Translations under genes and position numbers: made by a program | Part shown: in pieces, positions 35,862 to 47,900 of the stretch | Numbering within the stretch: the first letter of the stretch is position 1 | Layout of the letters: each line of letters begins with the position of its first letter | Assembly: GCA_036172245.1 (NCBI GenBank) | Contig: JAYWIR010000001.1 | Span: 11,780,001 to 11,844,000 of the forward strand | Reading direction: 5' to 3' | Length of the DNA: 64,000 bases | DNA from: Raillietiella orientalis | Lineage: Eukaryota | Notes under the pieces: model-generated | What the model saw: the letters and a program-made list of their open reading frames with translations, nothing else | Told to the model about the DNA's origin: nothing | The model's database searches: none

Positions 35862-36281
35862 TTATCCGTACTCTTCTTGCTCGCATACGCTAGGTAACCT
35901 AGGGTATGCAAAGCTGTGCCGGCGCAATGGTACGGGACGCGAATTTAAAGCTCCAATCCAGCGATCCCTTTCCTCCGTGTTTTGGCACAAGAAAGTGGTG
36001 GTCGCCAGTGCATCCAGACTCTTCTGACAAATCATGAAAGCTGGCATTTCGGAAGTGAATCGTTCGATACTGCAACAGCGGAGGTTGAAGCATGCTATTG
36101 GCTCGTTGAGGCAACGTTCTGCATACACGATAACAAAATGTTCATTGGATGTCTGATATACGTGGAGAACTACGCTCTGTCTCTCCTCAGAACTATGACA
36201 TGGTGGCAGCATTATAACTTTGCCACTCATTATTTCCGAAGAATTTTCTTGTAATTTCATGTTCCAATATTTAACATTGCC
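35862..36281 (-). CDS. Small PH-domain-like protein (132 aa from ATG at 36260; possibly the last exon of a longer gene)
   Basis: Open frame in AT-rich DNA with a PH-like strand pattern and C-terminal helix FLCQNTEERDRWIGALN. A TTACAG acceptor (AG at 36283-36282) lies 21 nt upstream of the ATG, in frame. ATTAAA on the minus strand at 35789-35784. Confidence 0.65.
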   Translation of the reverse strand, partial: GNVKYWNMKLQENSSEIMSGKVIMLPPCHSSEERQSVVLHVYQTSNEHFVIVYAERCLNEPIACFNLRCCSIERFTSEMPAFMICQKSLDALATTTFLCQNTEERDRWIGALNSRPVPLRRHSFAYPRLPSVCEQEEYG

Positions 36282-37339
36282 CTGTAATCACAAAGTATAA
36301 TTATTTCAAATAACTCCGCATGATATAAATGATATAATTGCATATTTTGTTTCACACTCATGAATCCTCGGATCAGTTAACAGATATTGACTATAATAAT
36401 TACAAGGCATGCTTTGAACTAATAAATAAAGAACGGCTGACGGAACTCGGCTCGAAAGGAATACCGCCCGATCACAAGCATCGTGGCAACAGGAAACTCC
36501 GAAGAGGAAAATTCGTGTGCTTTTGCTAATTATTGCCGATTAAACCAACGTTGGAATCCCGATGGCAAGAACATGGATCTCTCCTCTGTGCTGAAAACGT
36601 GAAGAACCAGCTGTGGGCTGAATGATAACGAAGGAATCGTAAGGCATGAGGAAGAGACGGCGGCACAAGAAGCACACGAAACCGCCGAGGAAAGAAAAAA
36701 ACGAAAAAAAACGCGCCGGGAGTGCAAGCGCAGTCTTTTTGAGATCTCATGAATTAATGAGCACGAGGAAGAGACAGCAGATTTGAGTCTTGTGGGTTTC
36801 GCTGGAATGCGTAGCAAAATGCCAAATGCTGTTTCCTTGCGATGACCGCATTGGGGGAAGAACATTCTCGGAAAACGAACGAACAGAAAGGCAAGCAAGG
36901 TCGCTTGACACGAGTGCTATCAGATCTGCAGTACGAGGAGCGGTAGCCCTCAGCGGTGTCCGTGGTCTGTCAGTGGCTTCCGGTTTGCGGAGCACAGCAC
37001 TCTGGAAAGCCGAGTATCCGCCGAGGCTTGCATCTGCAGTCACGACTTTTCTTTCTGTCACGGTCTAAGCATCCGTTACCATCATCATCACCCCTTTCCT
37101 CGGAAAAAGTGGTTAGCTGTATGATAGGCGACACACCATTTGTTGTTATTGAAACGGATCACTTACTATGCAACAGCATGTTTGCTTTAGACCCCCAGAA
37201 ACTCCGTGCACAAGTCGGCTACTTCAATTCCAAAGTAAGGTTGGGTTGTAACCCTCGAAATATAAAATCGCTTGTTTGCTTTCAAGCGTGTCCCCCCCCC
37301 CCCTCCCCCCATTGAGAATACCCTGAATGAGCACGAATC

Positions 37340-37463
37340 GGTAAGCACGAGAAGTCTGCTGACCTTGAAAATGGAAACCCGGAAAGGCAGTGCTTTCTTC
37401 ACGCACAGAATTATGCAGGTGTGGAGGGATCTCTCCCCGAACACACAGCACGACATGATGTGA
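37340..37463 (+). pseudogene. CR1/L2-type ORF2 C-terminal relic
   Basis: TR..L....R...FFTHRIMQVWRDLSP resembles the CR1 FF..RV...WN.LP motif. Confidence 0.45.
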
Positions 37464-38147
37464 AGTTTGGACACTATAGTGTACCAAGAAAGGAAATCGA
37501 TGTACGTAGAGAAAATGCTGGTTGGATATCATTGCGTTTTGTGGAAGCGATTCTACCTCGGCGGAATTTTCACACCCCAGGTTGCTTGCAAGGCCATCAT
37601 CCAAGCAGCATCTCCCCACTGTGCGTTCGGCTGGAGTTTGCCTTGAGAAAAGAATGGATGGATTTCACTCCAAGAACCCACTTTTTCTAAATTCACGTTG
37701 CCCATACTGCATTTCTATGCAACCGGAGAAATGAAGGGCGCAAACGCTTCAGGAAAACACCATCCTACTAAAACAACATCCGGATTCACGGATCCTTTAT
37801 TGTAAAAGGACACAGAAACGTCTTAAGAATAATTACTGGAAGACTGAGTAAGAAAAAATTTCGGGCTCCCGCGTCTTTAATGCATACTCAATCGTTTTTT
37901 GACTGTCCTTTGCACTCGGTTGTCGATGGAACCGCCTAAGAAACGAAGGACACGAGAACGTATTGCAAAATTACTGATTCACCTCATCTTACCAACCACC
38001 ACGAATACTGCTCGTTAATATTACATTATTAGAGGCTCTAGTCAAAAGGAAATTTCCAACGCAACAAGACTGTCAGGAAACTAGACTTGGGAAACTTTTT
38101 ACCCAATCCCATCCCTTTCTCCGAAAAGGTTCAATGAAAAAAGGAGA

Positions 38148-38532
38148 TTAAAAAGGACAAGATAAGAGTTGGCGATAAGCCGTTTCCTTCCGCTGTTCAC
38201 GAATGGTCGAAAACCCAAAGTCGGAAAGGTCGAAAGTCGTAGGAGTCTTCGAAGAATTAACAAGAAAGCGAATTCGCCTTATGTTAATTGAAATAATCCA
38301 AGCAAAGTCTTTTTCCGGGATCACCGAATCACACTGGCTGCATCCAGAGTGGACAGAATAATTCGAGGACTGCCGTCTGCTGAATTGGTACAAGTCGTGC
38401 CACCTTAACACTGCAAGCATAGGCAAAACCAAGTTTCCCTACAAATATACGGCACGGCAATTCGACCAGATCCATCGCAGAAAGTCCTTGGGTCCTCTTG
38501 GCAGAATCATGCCACGAGAGGGTTGCGCCCAA
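38148..38532 (-). pseudogene. CR1-type RT relic
   Basis: DL..PCRIF, DLYQFSR, EKDFAWIIS (cf. EKDLGV.I) and AYRQLL..P occur in order. Confidence 0.35.
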
Positions 38533-41500
38533 AATCTCTGTTCGGAAACCTACTCCCCTATTGCCTTTATGCGAAGTTCTCGCGGCAACGCGGATTACTC
38601 TCTTAATTGCACTTTGAAATGACTTTCATTACAGTGGCAAACGATGTGTGCCTCTTAATCTACTTTTGTAATAGTTTTGGAAGTACCGTTTCCCCATGAA
38701 AGTCTATACCAAGCGTTTTTGGATCAAAGCATGTTTGACTTTATTCAAAGGCCTTTTTTTGTCATTCAGTTTTTTCGTGTTGCTGACTGTGGATTGGCAG
38801 AGCCATCCACAAATGGGAAAGAAAAAAACTTACCTATCAGAAACAAAAGGCAAAGATCGTTTTTCCTCGGGGCGTATGTACACAGTCTTGCAAAGCAGAA
38901 CCATACGCATTGAATTCGATTCTAAGAATATTTCCTTGTTTCTTATTTATTTCAGTGATCTCAGAAAGCGCCACCGGTGCTTACGTTAAGAAACAAACAC
39001 CAGCATTTTGCGGTGGCGTAAATTTTCGTTTTCTTTTCCTTTCTCATCAGTAAAACCAACTCGTAAGAACGCCAACTTTTTCTCGAATTTTCTTTCCTCG
39101 CTTTGCTAGTAGCACTAATGAAAACGAAGTGACTGCATGTTGCATCAACTGTACAACTGCCAGTCTGGGGAAAGCAGCAGGAACGTGAGAAACGAGTTGT
39201 ACCGTCACTCGACGGACTGGCATTTCCTGTTAGCCTTTTGACTGTCAGCCGTCCACAGAAACACGAAGTTCGGTCGAAACTGATGCGAGAGAGGGAAACA
39301 CGGCCTGGGCGCCGTCCACCTCGTGCTCCTCCACACGAGTTTCGTACACGCTAGGAGAACGAATGTACCTTCCGAATAGGGAGCTGAAACGACCAAGTCC
39401 ATCCACCACAGCGGCAACAAAATCGTTCGCTGCGACTGACACAAGCACAGAGGCGTCCACGAACAGAATTCAAGCTGCGAAAAGAGCGATCAGTGGCCAC
39501 GGCCTGGTTTAACAGACGCAAGCACCAAGAGAATGGGAGTCGGCTTGCTCTTGAAAGAGATTTGTGCCTGGAGCTCTAGCTCGGAAGACACGCACTTCTT
39601 GCGTAAACTTCCGACTCGCTCGCAAAACCGCCAACATGGCCGGATCCAGTGGGAAAGCCATCTAAACCGTCAAGTGCAAACAAAAACGTCATCGGAAACC
39701 AGGAAGAACGCTCCGCGTTGTTCCTGTATTACGCACCCCGTGCAGGAATCGAGCACTTCGCCTTACACGGGAAGTTTTGGTGCTCATCCACTGCTGGAGT
39801 GCTCCACAGGTAATGCAGCATCGATCAATACTGGGGGTTTGCTTCTGGCCCCAGTTTTCTATGACTCTCCTCCCCCTTACTTCATACAGAGGCCTTGTGG
39901 TGGGCACGGTTACATGTTGATACAACAAATCTATGGAACACAACAGTCCTTGGTATAGGAGGAAAGGGAAAGGGGAAGCAGTGCTCCCCCTCCCTGTCTG
40001 TCGATGCCACCGCTATTTCAGCGCCCTTTATGAAAAGCATTCTGTGTTCTACAGCACGTTGGGGGAAGAGGAAAACTAGCCGATCATTTTTCGAGCCAGA
40101 GAATAGCTCGGAAAGGAGATGGTGGCGATGGTATTCGTGAGCCAGTATGGCATTCGAACAGGAGCAGATATCTTCAGACTGTTCTTGAGGTTCCTCTTTC
40201 GGTCATCCGAAACCAGGATGCTGGCTTTGAAGTCTGCTATGCCTTGAATTCCAAGAAGAAAATCGCCTCTGCATTCGGGACGGGCATCTTCAGAGAATCA
40301 CTCTTTTATTTAGACCATCATACTTGAAGGAATCCTGTACTCCATCTACTGACTCCGTGTCCAGCAACCATCATGATGCCTTACTATTTACTGAGAGGCA
40401 AGTGAAAGTTCATGACTGTCTGCATTGCTCACAGTCATCAGCAGCTGCAGTCGCCTTTCTTACTTTCACGTGAGCCACTGAACGGTTCAGAGAATGCCAA
40501 TATTGCAAAAAGATAAGACGTCAGAAACGTTTGGTGTTCTTTCTTTTCTGACCACGGTGAGACGACCATTCCTTTGCTCAATTGCAACTCAAAGAAGGAA
40601 AGACGGGAACACGAGTGGTGCTGTTTCCATCGACGTATTCGCCTTTCTAGACAGCGCAGGCTCATCAAACGTACTCGGCAACCAGAAGATGAATTCCGAA
40701 CTGAAAAACATTCTGAAGCGCGCGCCTGGAAGAGGTGCGCGCAGCCATGGTGAACAACAGCACAATGAGAATCCTCCGAGGACTGCAGCCATCGCCATGG
40801 ATCGCAACCCCAGCCCTGCTCAGGAGGTTTACGCAGAACCACTGAGAAGATACATTTCACAGAACCGCCATGTCGCGCGCTACTCAGATTCTCAGTAGGA
40901 GAACGAAAGAAAAGACCAAAAACGAAATCAGCAACAGCGAAAGAAAACGCGGTATGTGTCTCCTTCTTCGCCGAAGTCGCCCCCGATAGCTTTCCAGATC
41001 TCACGAAAGGCGAATCGCAGGGATTCATCTTCGCCAAGGTACCTGATGTCCTGGGAGGTTCGAACTTTTTTTTTTTTTTTCGAGTTCCGCAGAAGGATGG
41101 CCGAGAAATGTCTTCCTCGTTTTCATTTCGTGCTACGTGGACCCGCCGTTCCGTTCTACGAGTTCCCCAAGCTCGAATCTTGAGAGCTGCGCGGCAGGGG
41201 AGAGCGTGGTGGTGGTTCACGGTCGCATCATGGTTTTGTGCTAGCGCGCTTCGGCCACCCCACAGTACCCACCTCCCACCTGGTCAAACGGAAGAGCTTT
41301 CCTCGATCTTCCGATTCCTCCCGCAGTTCTTCCGACGCACACGAACTCTGACCGCTCCCCTCCTTATTTTTCAGCTTCGCTTCTTTCCTGTGTATCCGAT
41401 TGCAATCCTTGATTTCCTTCGGCCTTCTTTGAAACCAGGCCTTCAGCAGGAACACGAGTGGGTGGAAGTTTCGCATTCTGGCTCCAGGATTGCATTCGTG

Positions 41501-44479
41501 AACCCTGTTTTCCTTCTTCCTGTTCTTTCATCGTGGGGGATGTCATTAAGATGAGTCCGACGGGAGGAGGTTACCAAGTCCCGGCTTCAGCTGCACGTCA
41601 CTTGTCGGTTTTCCGGTGCCCGAAAGGATGGTTGAAAGAAGGGTTGCGGGAGGAGCGAGCCAAGCAGTAGGACTCGCGCAAGAATTCGTGTTTTTTTTTT
41701 TTTTTTTTTGCATCCATTGGAATTTCCTGGTTCCTCCTTGCAAGCTCCGACGCCATCCCGCGGATAATTTCCGCAGAAATTCAGCGAATCTCCGAAGGAG
41801 GACGCATCCTTGGAGCCGCAAGCGCTCGCAGGCAGCTCGGGGGGCGCCTACAAAACCGCCGCCGCCCATTCCGTCGCGCGTGCACGCTGCGAACACCCTC
41901 GTGTCATTGCTACGGTAGAAAGGCAACGGGCTCGGCGCAGGAAGCCAGTGTTGCCAGCAGCGGGAAGGGTGCAAGAACTGCCAGCTCAATCCACTTTAAA
42001 GTGGCACGGACCCTCTCCGACGGCCTAAGAAACAAAAAGCACAACTACCTCGGGTATTTATAGAACCACGGACGCCCTGCCAATTCGGCGGAGGATGTGA
42101 GACGTGAAGACCGTGGACGAGCCGAAAGAAAACGTTTTCTCCCTTCCTCTTGCTTTCCGCCTGCTCGCCCGTCAGGAGTGACGGGGAAGCGAGTGCATCG
42201 TGAGTGTCGGCGGGAAGCACCACTGCACTCCAGGAACGCCGCATTTCGAGGACAGGAAAAAAAAAAAAAAAGATACACGATCTAGACGTTCCGTTTTGCA
42301 ACACAGGAAATCGGGAAAAAGATCTCGGGACCTTGAGAGAGAGGATTACGATGATTCGGAGATACGAGTTTCCTATCAGTCAGTAACCCGTTTGAGTGGC
42401 ACAACGTTAGCAACCGAATCTCGGCCGAGCCCCAAGATCAGGCATCAATTCTTCTTCCGTTTCGGAGCAACCTCGAAGGGAATTTCGGGGAACTTCTCCT
42501 TTCTGCTGCTGCCGCTGCCTCGAAAAGACCTTCGCTCGGGGGAGTTACCGCATGCCGGAGGGAAGCCTCAGGCTGATTGGCTGGACGCAGTTTCCAGGGA
42601 ATAAATTCGGTCCCCTGTCCCTGGAAGCTTCCCGGGAAGCTCAGAGTGGGAAAGAAGCGGCCTTGGCACCTGGTCAGGCGCAACAGGCTTCTGCGGAGGA
42701 CACCCTGGGAACGCCGAAGATGGTCGCCGGAAGCACCGCGGAACCAAAGCAACAACTGCGTGCGCATTTCCGTTTCCCTTTCCTTTTCTTGCTTCGTCTC
42801 TTCTTACCTGCCTGGACCGTTTCTGTTTCGCCCCGAACGCCTCCCCTCCCCTCAAGTCCTTAGAGGCGAAAACTCCATGCGCGTGCGCGCTGGCACAATC
42901 GTCGCGTCAATGAGGAAGGAAAAAAAGAAAAAAAAAGCCCACCCCCCCTCCCAGCGGTTGGATACCATGAATTTGCCCTGCTGGCAGCTGGAGGGGCTTC
43001 TGCCAGGAGTTTCCCTGACACCTCCGCCCGCATGCAGACATTTGGATTCACCTACCGGGCAAGCTGAAGACACCGCCGAAGGGTCTGCAGCAGACGCGAA
43101 ACATCGGGCGCCCCGCACGCAGGTTCACTGTGGGTGCGCCCTCCGCCTCCTACCGACCGAACGGGGTTTCTTTTTCTGTTTTTTTTTTGAGGGGGGGGGG
43201 AGGAAGGGGCTAAGGAGTTTGCAAGTCGTTCCTGTGACACGGGAAACAACGATGCTCTCAAGCGTGATCGCAGCACGTTAGCGGCCCCCTCTCCCTTCCC
43301 GGAGGAAAAGAAAAAAAACGAGCTGCGGTCATCGCCTCACACCAGCGCGCGCGGCGTCCACTCCCTATTAGAGTCCGCCTCCGCAGCTACGGATGCTACG
43401 GCGTTCGCTTTCCGTGACGCACTCTGCGCCGCCGATACGCAAACGGCTGGCTGCAGGGCGCCGCGGCTTCGAAAGTGTGGCGGCGGCACCTTTCGCCCTG
43501 GTCTCGCAAGGGCGCGCGCTACGGGCTCCGAGTCCCGTGGAGCAATGGCGGCGGCGACTCTCCCCGCGGAGGGACCCCTCGCGTCAAGAAAAACAGAGCG
43601 CCGTCGTCTCGCGACTCGAAGAGCTACCCTCCCCTCCCGCCCCGGGGGAGCAGCGGGTGTCCTTCGCCTCCCGGCGCTAGCCTCAGCCCTGGGCGACGGT
43701 GCCTTTCCTCCCTCCCCTCTTTGCTCCCCTCTGCGCCACACGGCCGAGGGCGAAACTGCAAAGGCGTCGTCTGGTCGTCGAGGCGAAACCGCCGCCGGAC
43801 ACGGCCAAGCAGTCCGGGTACCACGGCGACCGACTGTCCCCTTTCCTTCGACCGTTCCCGTATAGCCCTGTCTGGACTTTCAGCAGATGCGTTCCCCTTC
43901 TTCACCACCCCATCCCTTGCTTGCTTTCCTCCAGAGCGCTCGACAGGTCTTCGCGCCGCGCCGACCCGGGTCCGCCGATTCCCCGGGTTTCGCAGGAAAC
44001 CCTGAGTTTCTTTTCGCTCGGGAGTCCGCGGCTTCTCCGCAGGAGAACAGTGTGGAGGACATGGTTTCCAGCTGGACATGCCACCGGGACCGGTCAGAGG
44101 ACCGGGATCGCTCCCCAGTCGATATGCCCGGGGTCTTCGGCAACCCGAAGCCGTAGCCATCGGCGGCGGCAACGGGGGGAGGGAGGAGGAGGAAGGGGGG
44201 AATAAGGCAGAAAAGAGATGAGAGGAGAGAAGGAAGAAAAACCAAGGATGTTTTTTTCTTTTTTTTCTTGCCAGCCGCCGCGAAGGCACTGCCTCTCAAA
44301 GGCGCTGCTTGACTTCCGGCGTGCCTTCTTTTGATGGAAGGCCGCCGGCGACCGACAGCCACGTTCCTCCTCCCGAGGCGCCGCCCGAGACAGCTGCCCC
44401 CCGAGCTCCGCACCCACACCCCCGGGCGACCCCTGAGCTTCCGGAAAACGCGGTCAGCCACCCTCCTAGACCGGGGACT

Positions 44480-44995
44480 CTCCGCAGTTCCGCGAATGCC
44501 GGGACATCTGGCGCATCTCCCGCCGACTCTTCCTTTTCTCTTTCTTCCCCGGAGGGACCCCCGGAAAAGGTCCTCCGCTCCCTGTTTCCTCCTCTGAAGA
44601 GAACCCCGAAATGACGCTTCACGATTTTCTTTCACGACTTTGTTCGTGGAGCGAACCCTCTATTCGCTCCACGAAGAGAGCGGCGTGCTTCTTCACGCTC
44701 TGGAGGCGATCCCCTGAAGTGGGCATAAACCAGCTCCATGGTAACGGATCCATCATCACCACCGGAGGGGAACCACCCCGAGGGGAAGAGACGCTCCTTG
44801 GTTCCTGGAAGGACCCCGGAGGGTCAACTTCCAGTCTTGGCCACTCAGCGGGGGCATCTGGGTCCCACCGGTGCCGCTGCACCATAAGCCAGTGTCATCT
44901 CGTGGGGGAAGGGGGCTCGAAACCCACGACGCATCCCCTGTTTCTCGGCTTCGCTCCTTCCCCGGGTGGGATTCGAACCCTCAACGCTCGGTGCC
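44480..44995 (-). mobile_element. Diverged copy of the composite repeat (two T-arm-like motifs and segment B)
   Basis: GGGTTCGAATCCCACCCGGGGAAGG, then GGGTTTCGAGCCC, then ccttccaggaaccaaggagcg... colinear with 5490-6000(-) and 7080-7600. Confidence 0.8.
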
Positions 44996-47900
44996 TGTGG
45001 AAGCCACTGCGGGTAGAGCTGCAGGGAAGCGCCTGGAAAAAAAAAAACGGGAACGCAGCCGCGAGTCCGCCACACCAGCGTTGGCGGTGCACCTCAGTCC
45101 CGCAGAAGCGCCTGCAGAACCGAAGTCCGCAGACCTTGCGCCGGCGACCGCCTGCGAAACAATCAGGATGCTGCGCCGGGAGTACTCCCGGAAAAGGAAG
45201 GAAGGAAGCATTTTTTTTTTTTCCCTCCCTCCTTCCGCATGGGCACCTCGGACGCTTCCGAAGGTTCCGAAGTGAGCGGCGACCCGCGAGAGGTTTCCAT
45301 CAGGCGGTCGCCCGGCGACTGATCGAGAGCGCAACCAGAGATGAGAGACAACAGCCGCAAAGGAAGGAAAGCGTGTCAAAGGCGGTTTGTGCTGTCTGTC
45401 CTCCGTCCGTCCTGCAGCTGAGGAGCTCGGCCACGCCCGGCATCGCTCTCACAGGAACGTGCACCTTTTGCTTGCACGCCCCCCAGGATGAGCTTTCCTC
45501 TTCTCTTTTTAATCCCCGACCAGCCGCGATAGGTGGCAGTGTGGTGGCTGCCCTGCCAAGTGCAACACCCCGTCTACGCCTCCAGACGGTTCCCACACCT
45601 CCGGGTCCGCCGCCACGCGGGGTGCGCGAGGCAGCAATCCGGGAGGGTTGCGGAAACGCGAGCGCCCGCGCGCTCCCCGAAAGGGCACCGGGTTTTCGCC
45701 CTTGGCGGGGACTTGACGGCGTTGGCGGTACCGGTCTCTGGGAGAGTGGAAGAAACGTCCCGGCACACCTGACCTGTCCGCTCGACGCCGGAGGCGCGAC
45801 GGCGCTGCTTCTCCCGAATCCGACGGGTTCCGCCGCAGAGGCCTTCAGGCAAAATCCGACGGACGGTGGTCGATCGACCAAGAGCACGTACAAGCCTGCG
45901 GTTCCTCTCGTTCCGTGGAACAGGATGTTCCGTGGAAGCGACCATTCCTCATCAGGGCGAGACCCAAACCCGTCTCGCCACGGTTGTGGGGTGCGTTTTT
46001 CGAAAACGATGCGCCACTGCGCATGCGCTGCGAGGCATTTTCGAGGCGCTCGTGTGATCTGCATGTGTGCGAACCATCCGCGAACACGTGCACGCGCACG
46101 CACATCTCAGGCGGTAAACTGACTCGGAGACAAAAAAACAAAAAACAACAACAAAAAAACGCCATCCCATTCCACTCGCCGAACGCCAACTGCCGAAACG
46201 GCGCGCGCGTCGCTGTTTGGCCACCGACGCGCGCTGCGACCCATAGGGAAAAAACGAGCACGAGTTCGACCACAATGCGGCGGAGCACCCACCGCATTGT
46301 GGATGAACCACGTCGGAACCGCAGTGGACCGCAAGCCCGGACGCTGCGGGTTTGAAACCGCGGCCGCGAGAGTGCGGATAGCGTAGCCCTGCGGTAAACG
46401 TCCGTCCTTCACCCTTTCCTTCCGCAGGGGAGGGACGTGGTCTCCCTCACCCCCGCGAGCTTTCTTTCGAAAGCGAACCGCAGGTGTAGGGGAAGGACGG
46501 GGCTCCCTCCTGTTTCGGCGTACCCCTAAGCAGCAGCAGCAGCAGCACCGTTCCCGTGCTCTTTTTTTTCCCTGCCCAGGATATCGAGCATCAGCGCACG
46601 TCTCCTGTGAAGGCTGCGGCTTGCTCCCTACGCTCCCCACCAACTTGTAGGAGGGAGACGGCAGCGGCAGCCATTCGAGGCAACCGGGAGGAATCGTCCT
46701 GCCTTGGTGGTTGGTCCTTGCACAGTGTGGCGCATTTTGCGGGGTCTTCAACACTGGGGCGCGCCAATGAAAATCCCCCCCATCCCCCACTCCCACTCCC
46801 GCCCTTAAAGGCACAAAGCGATGACTACACCTCCCGCGCTCCAGCTGGTGCCAAAAAGGGGGGATCATTGTTCCTTCGAAGGAAAAGGGAGTGCGTCGGT
46901 ACGGAGGCATGTCACGTCAACGGTTGCGGGAGAAAAGAGAGGAGGGAAAGCCCTGCGGTGATGCGTGCGTACATCCAACGTCAATGCACAACTGCACGCG
47001 CGAACACCTGGTTGCGGGGCAACGCCGCCTCCTCCACCCTCCCGCTGCGCTCTCGCGGTTGGGCATGGGCACCCAACACCCCCGCTGGAGGCATGGGTGG
47101 CGAGGAGATCCTCCTGTAGTGCTGCCAGGTGCCTCGAAAGAGCAGCCGTCCTCTGCACGACGTGCGCGTTACGGGTGCGCCCCTTCCCCCCCCCCCCCTA
47201 CACGCTTCCGAAAATTCACACTTGGAGTCGCTTCTGTCCGAGATCCCCCGACTCCCGAAAAACTGCTCCTTCGGGAACGCTCCCAAGACATCGCGGGATC
47301 TTTTTGGCATGCGAGTCACAAGCGGAAGAAGTGACTGCTCGTTGGCGGCTTCTGTGAGCATAGGTGCGGTCGGAGGCAGGCTGGGCGGTCTCTTTCCCCT
47401 CCTCCCCTGCCCTCACTTGCGAACGCGCACACGCGCAGTGCCGGCGGATGCCGGGGGCAGGCAGGCCTTTCCGCGACTTCCTCTCGGGGTCCTTCCACGC
47501 GAGATTCGTGGGGCTACGATGCCCGTCACGCGCCCCTCCTGCTTCGCGCCACGTGGCCGCTGGCGAGGGCAGCGCCGTTGCCTCCAAAGCGTCACCGGGA
47601 CAACGCGGACGCAGGTGCTCGCTGCTTACCGGAGATGCGGCAGCGGCAGCCTGCGAACGTACGCGCGCATCGCAGCGAGGAGCAAAGGGAAGGAAGGGGA
47701 AACCGAGAGATACGCCCGATCTGTTGCGCGGGTTGCTCAGGCGACCGCCCCTGGATGAACCGCCTCGTGGATGACACATCGAGTGAGACCTCGGGGAAGG
47801 TGAAGCGTCCAAGGCGGGCGGACCGGGAGGTGCCCACGGTGCGTGGCGACTCCCCGGATAGAGAAGGAGGGGACGGGAATTCCACCCGGTCAGCCGGCTG

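Noticed and set aside
40000-40440. Additional RT relic on the minus strand (V.SFKY.G-like)
   Set aside because: Only one weak motif; too degraded to support.
44611-46122. 503-aa ORF (and similar long ORFs at 47216-48349, 51683-53158, 59439-60602, 2164-3045)
   Set aside because: GC-rich shadow ORFs with R/P/G/S bias and no recognisable motifs; several run antisense through repeat copies.
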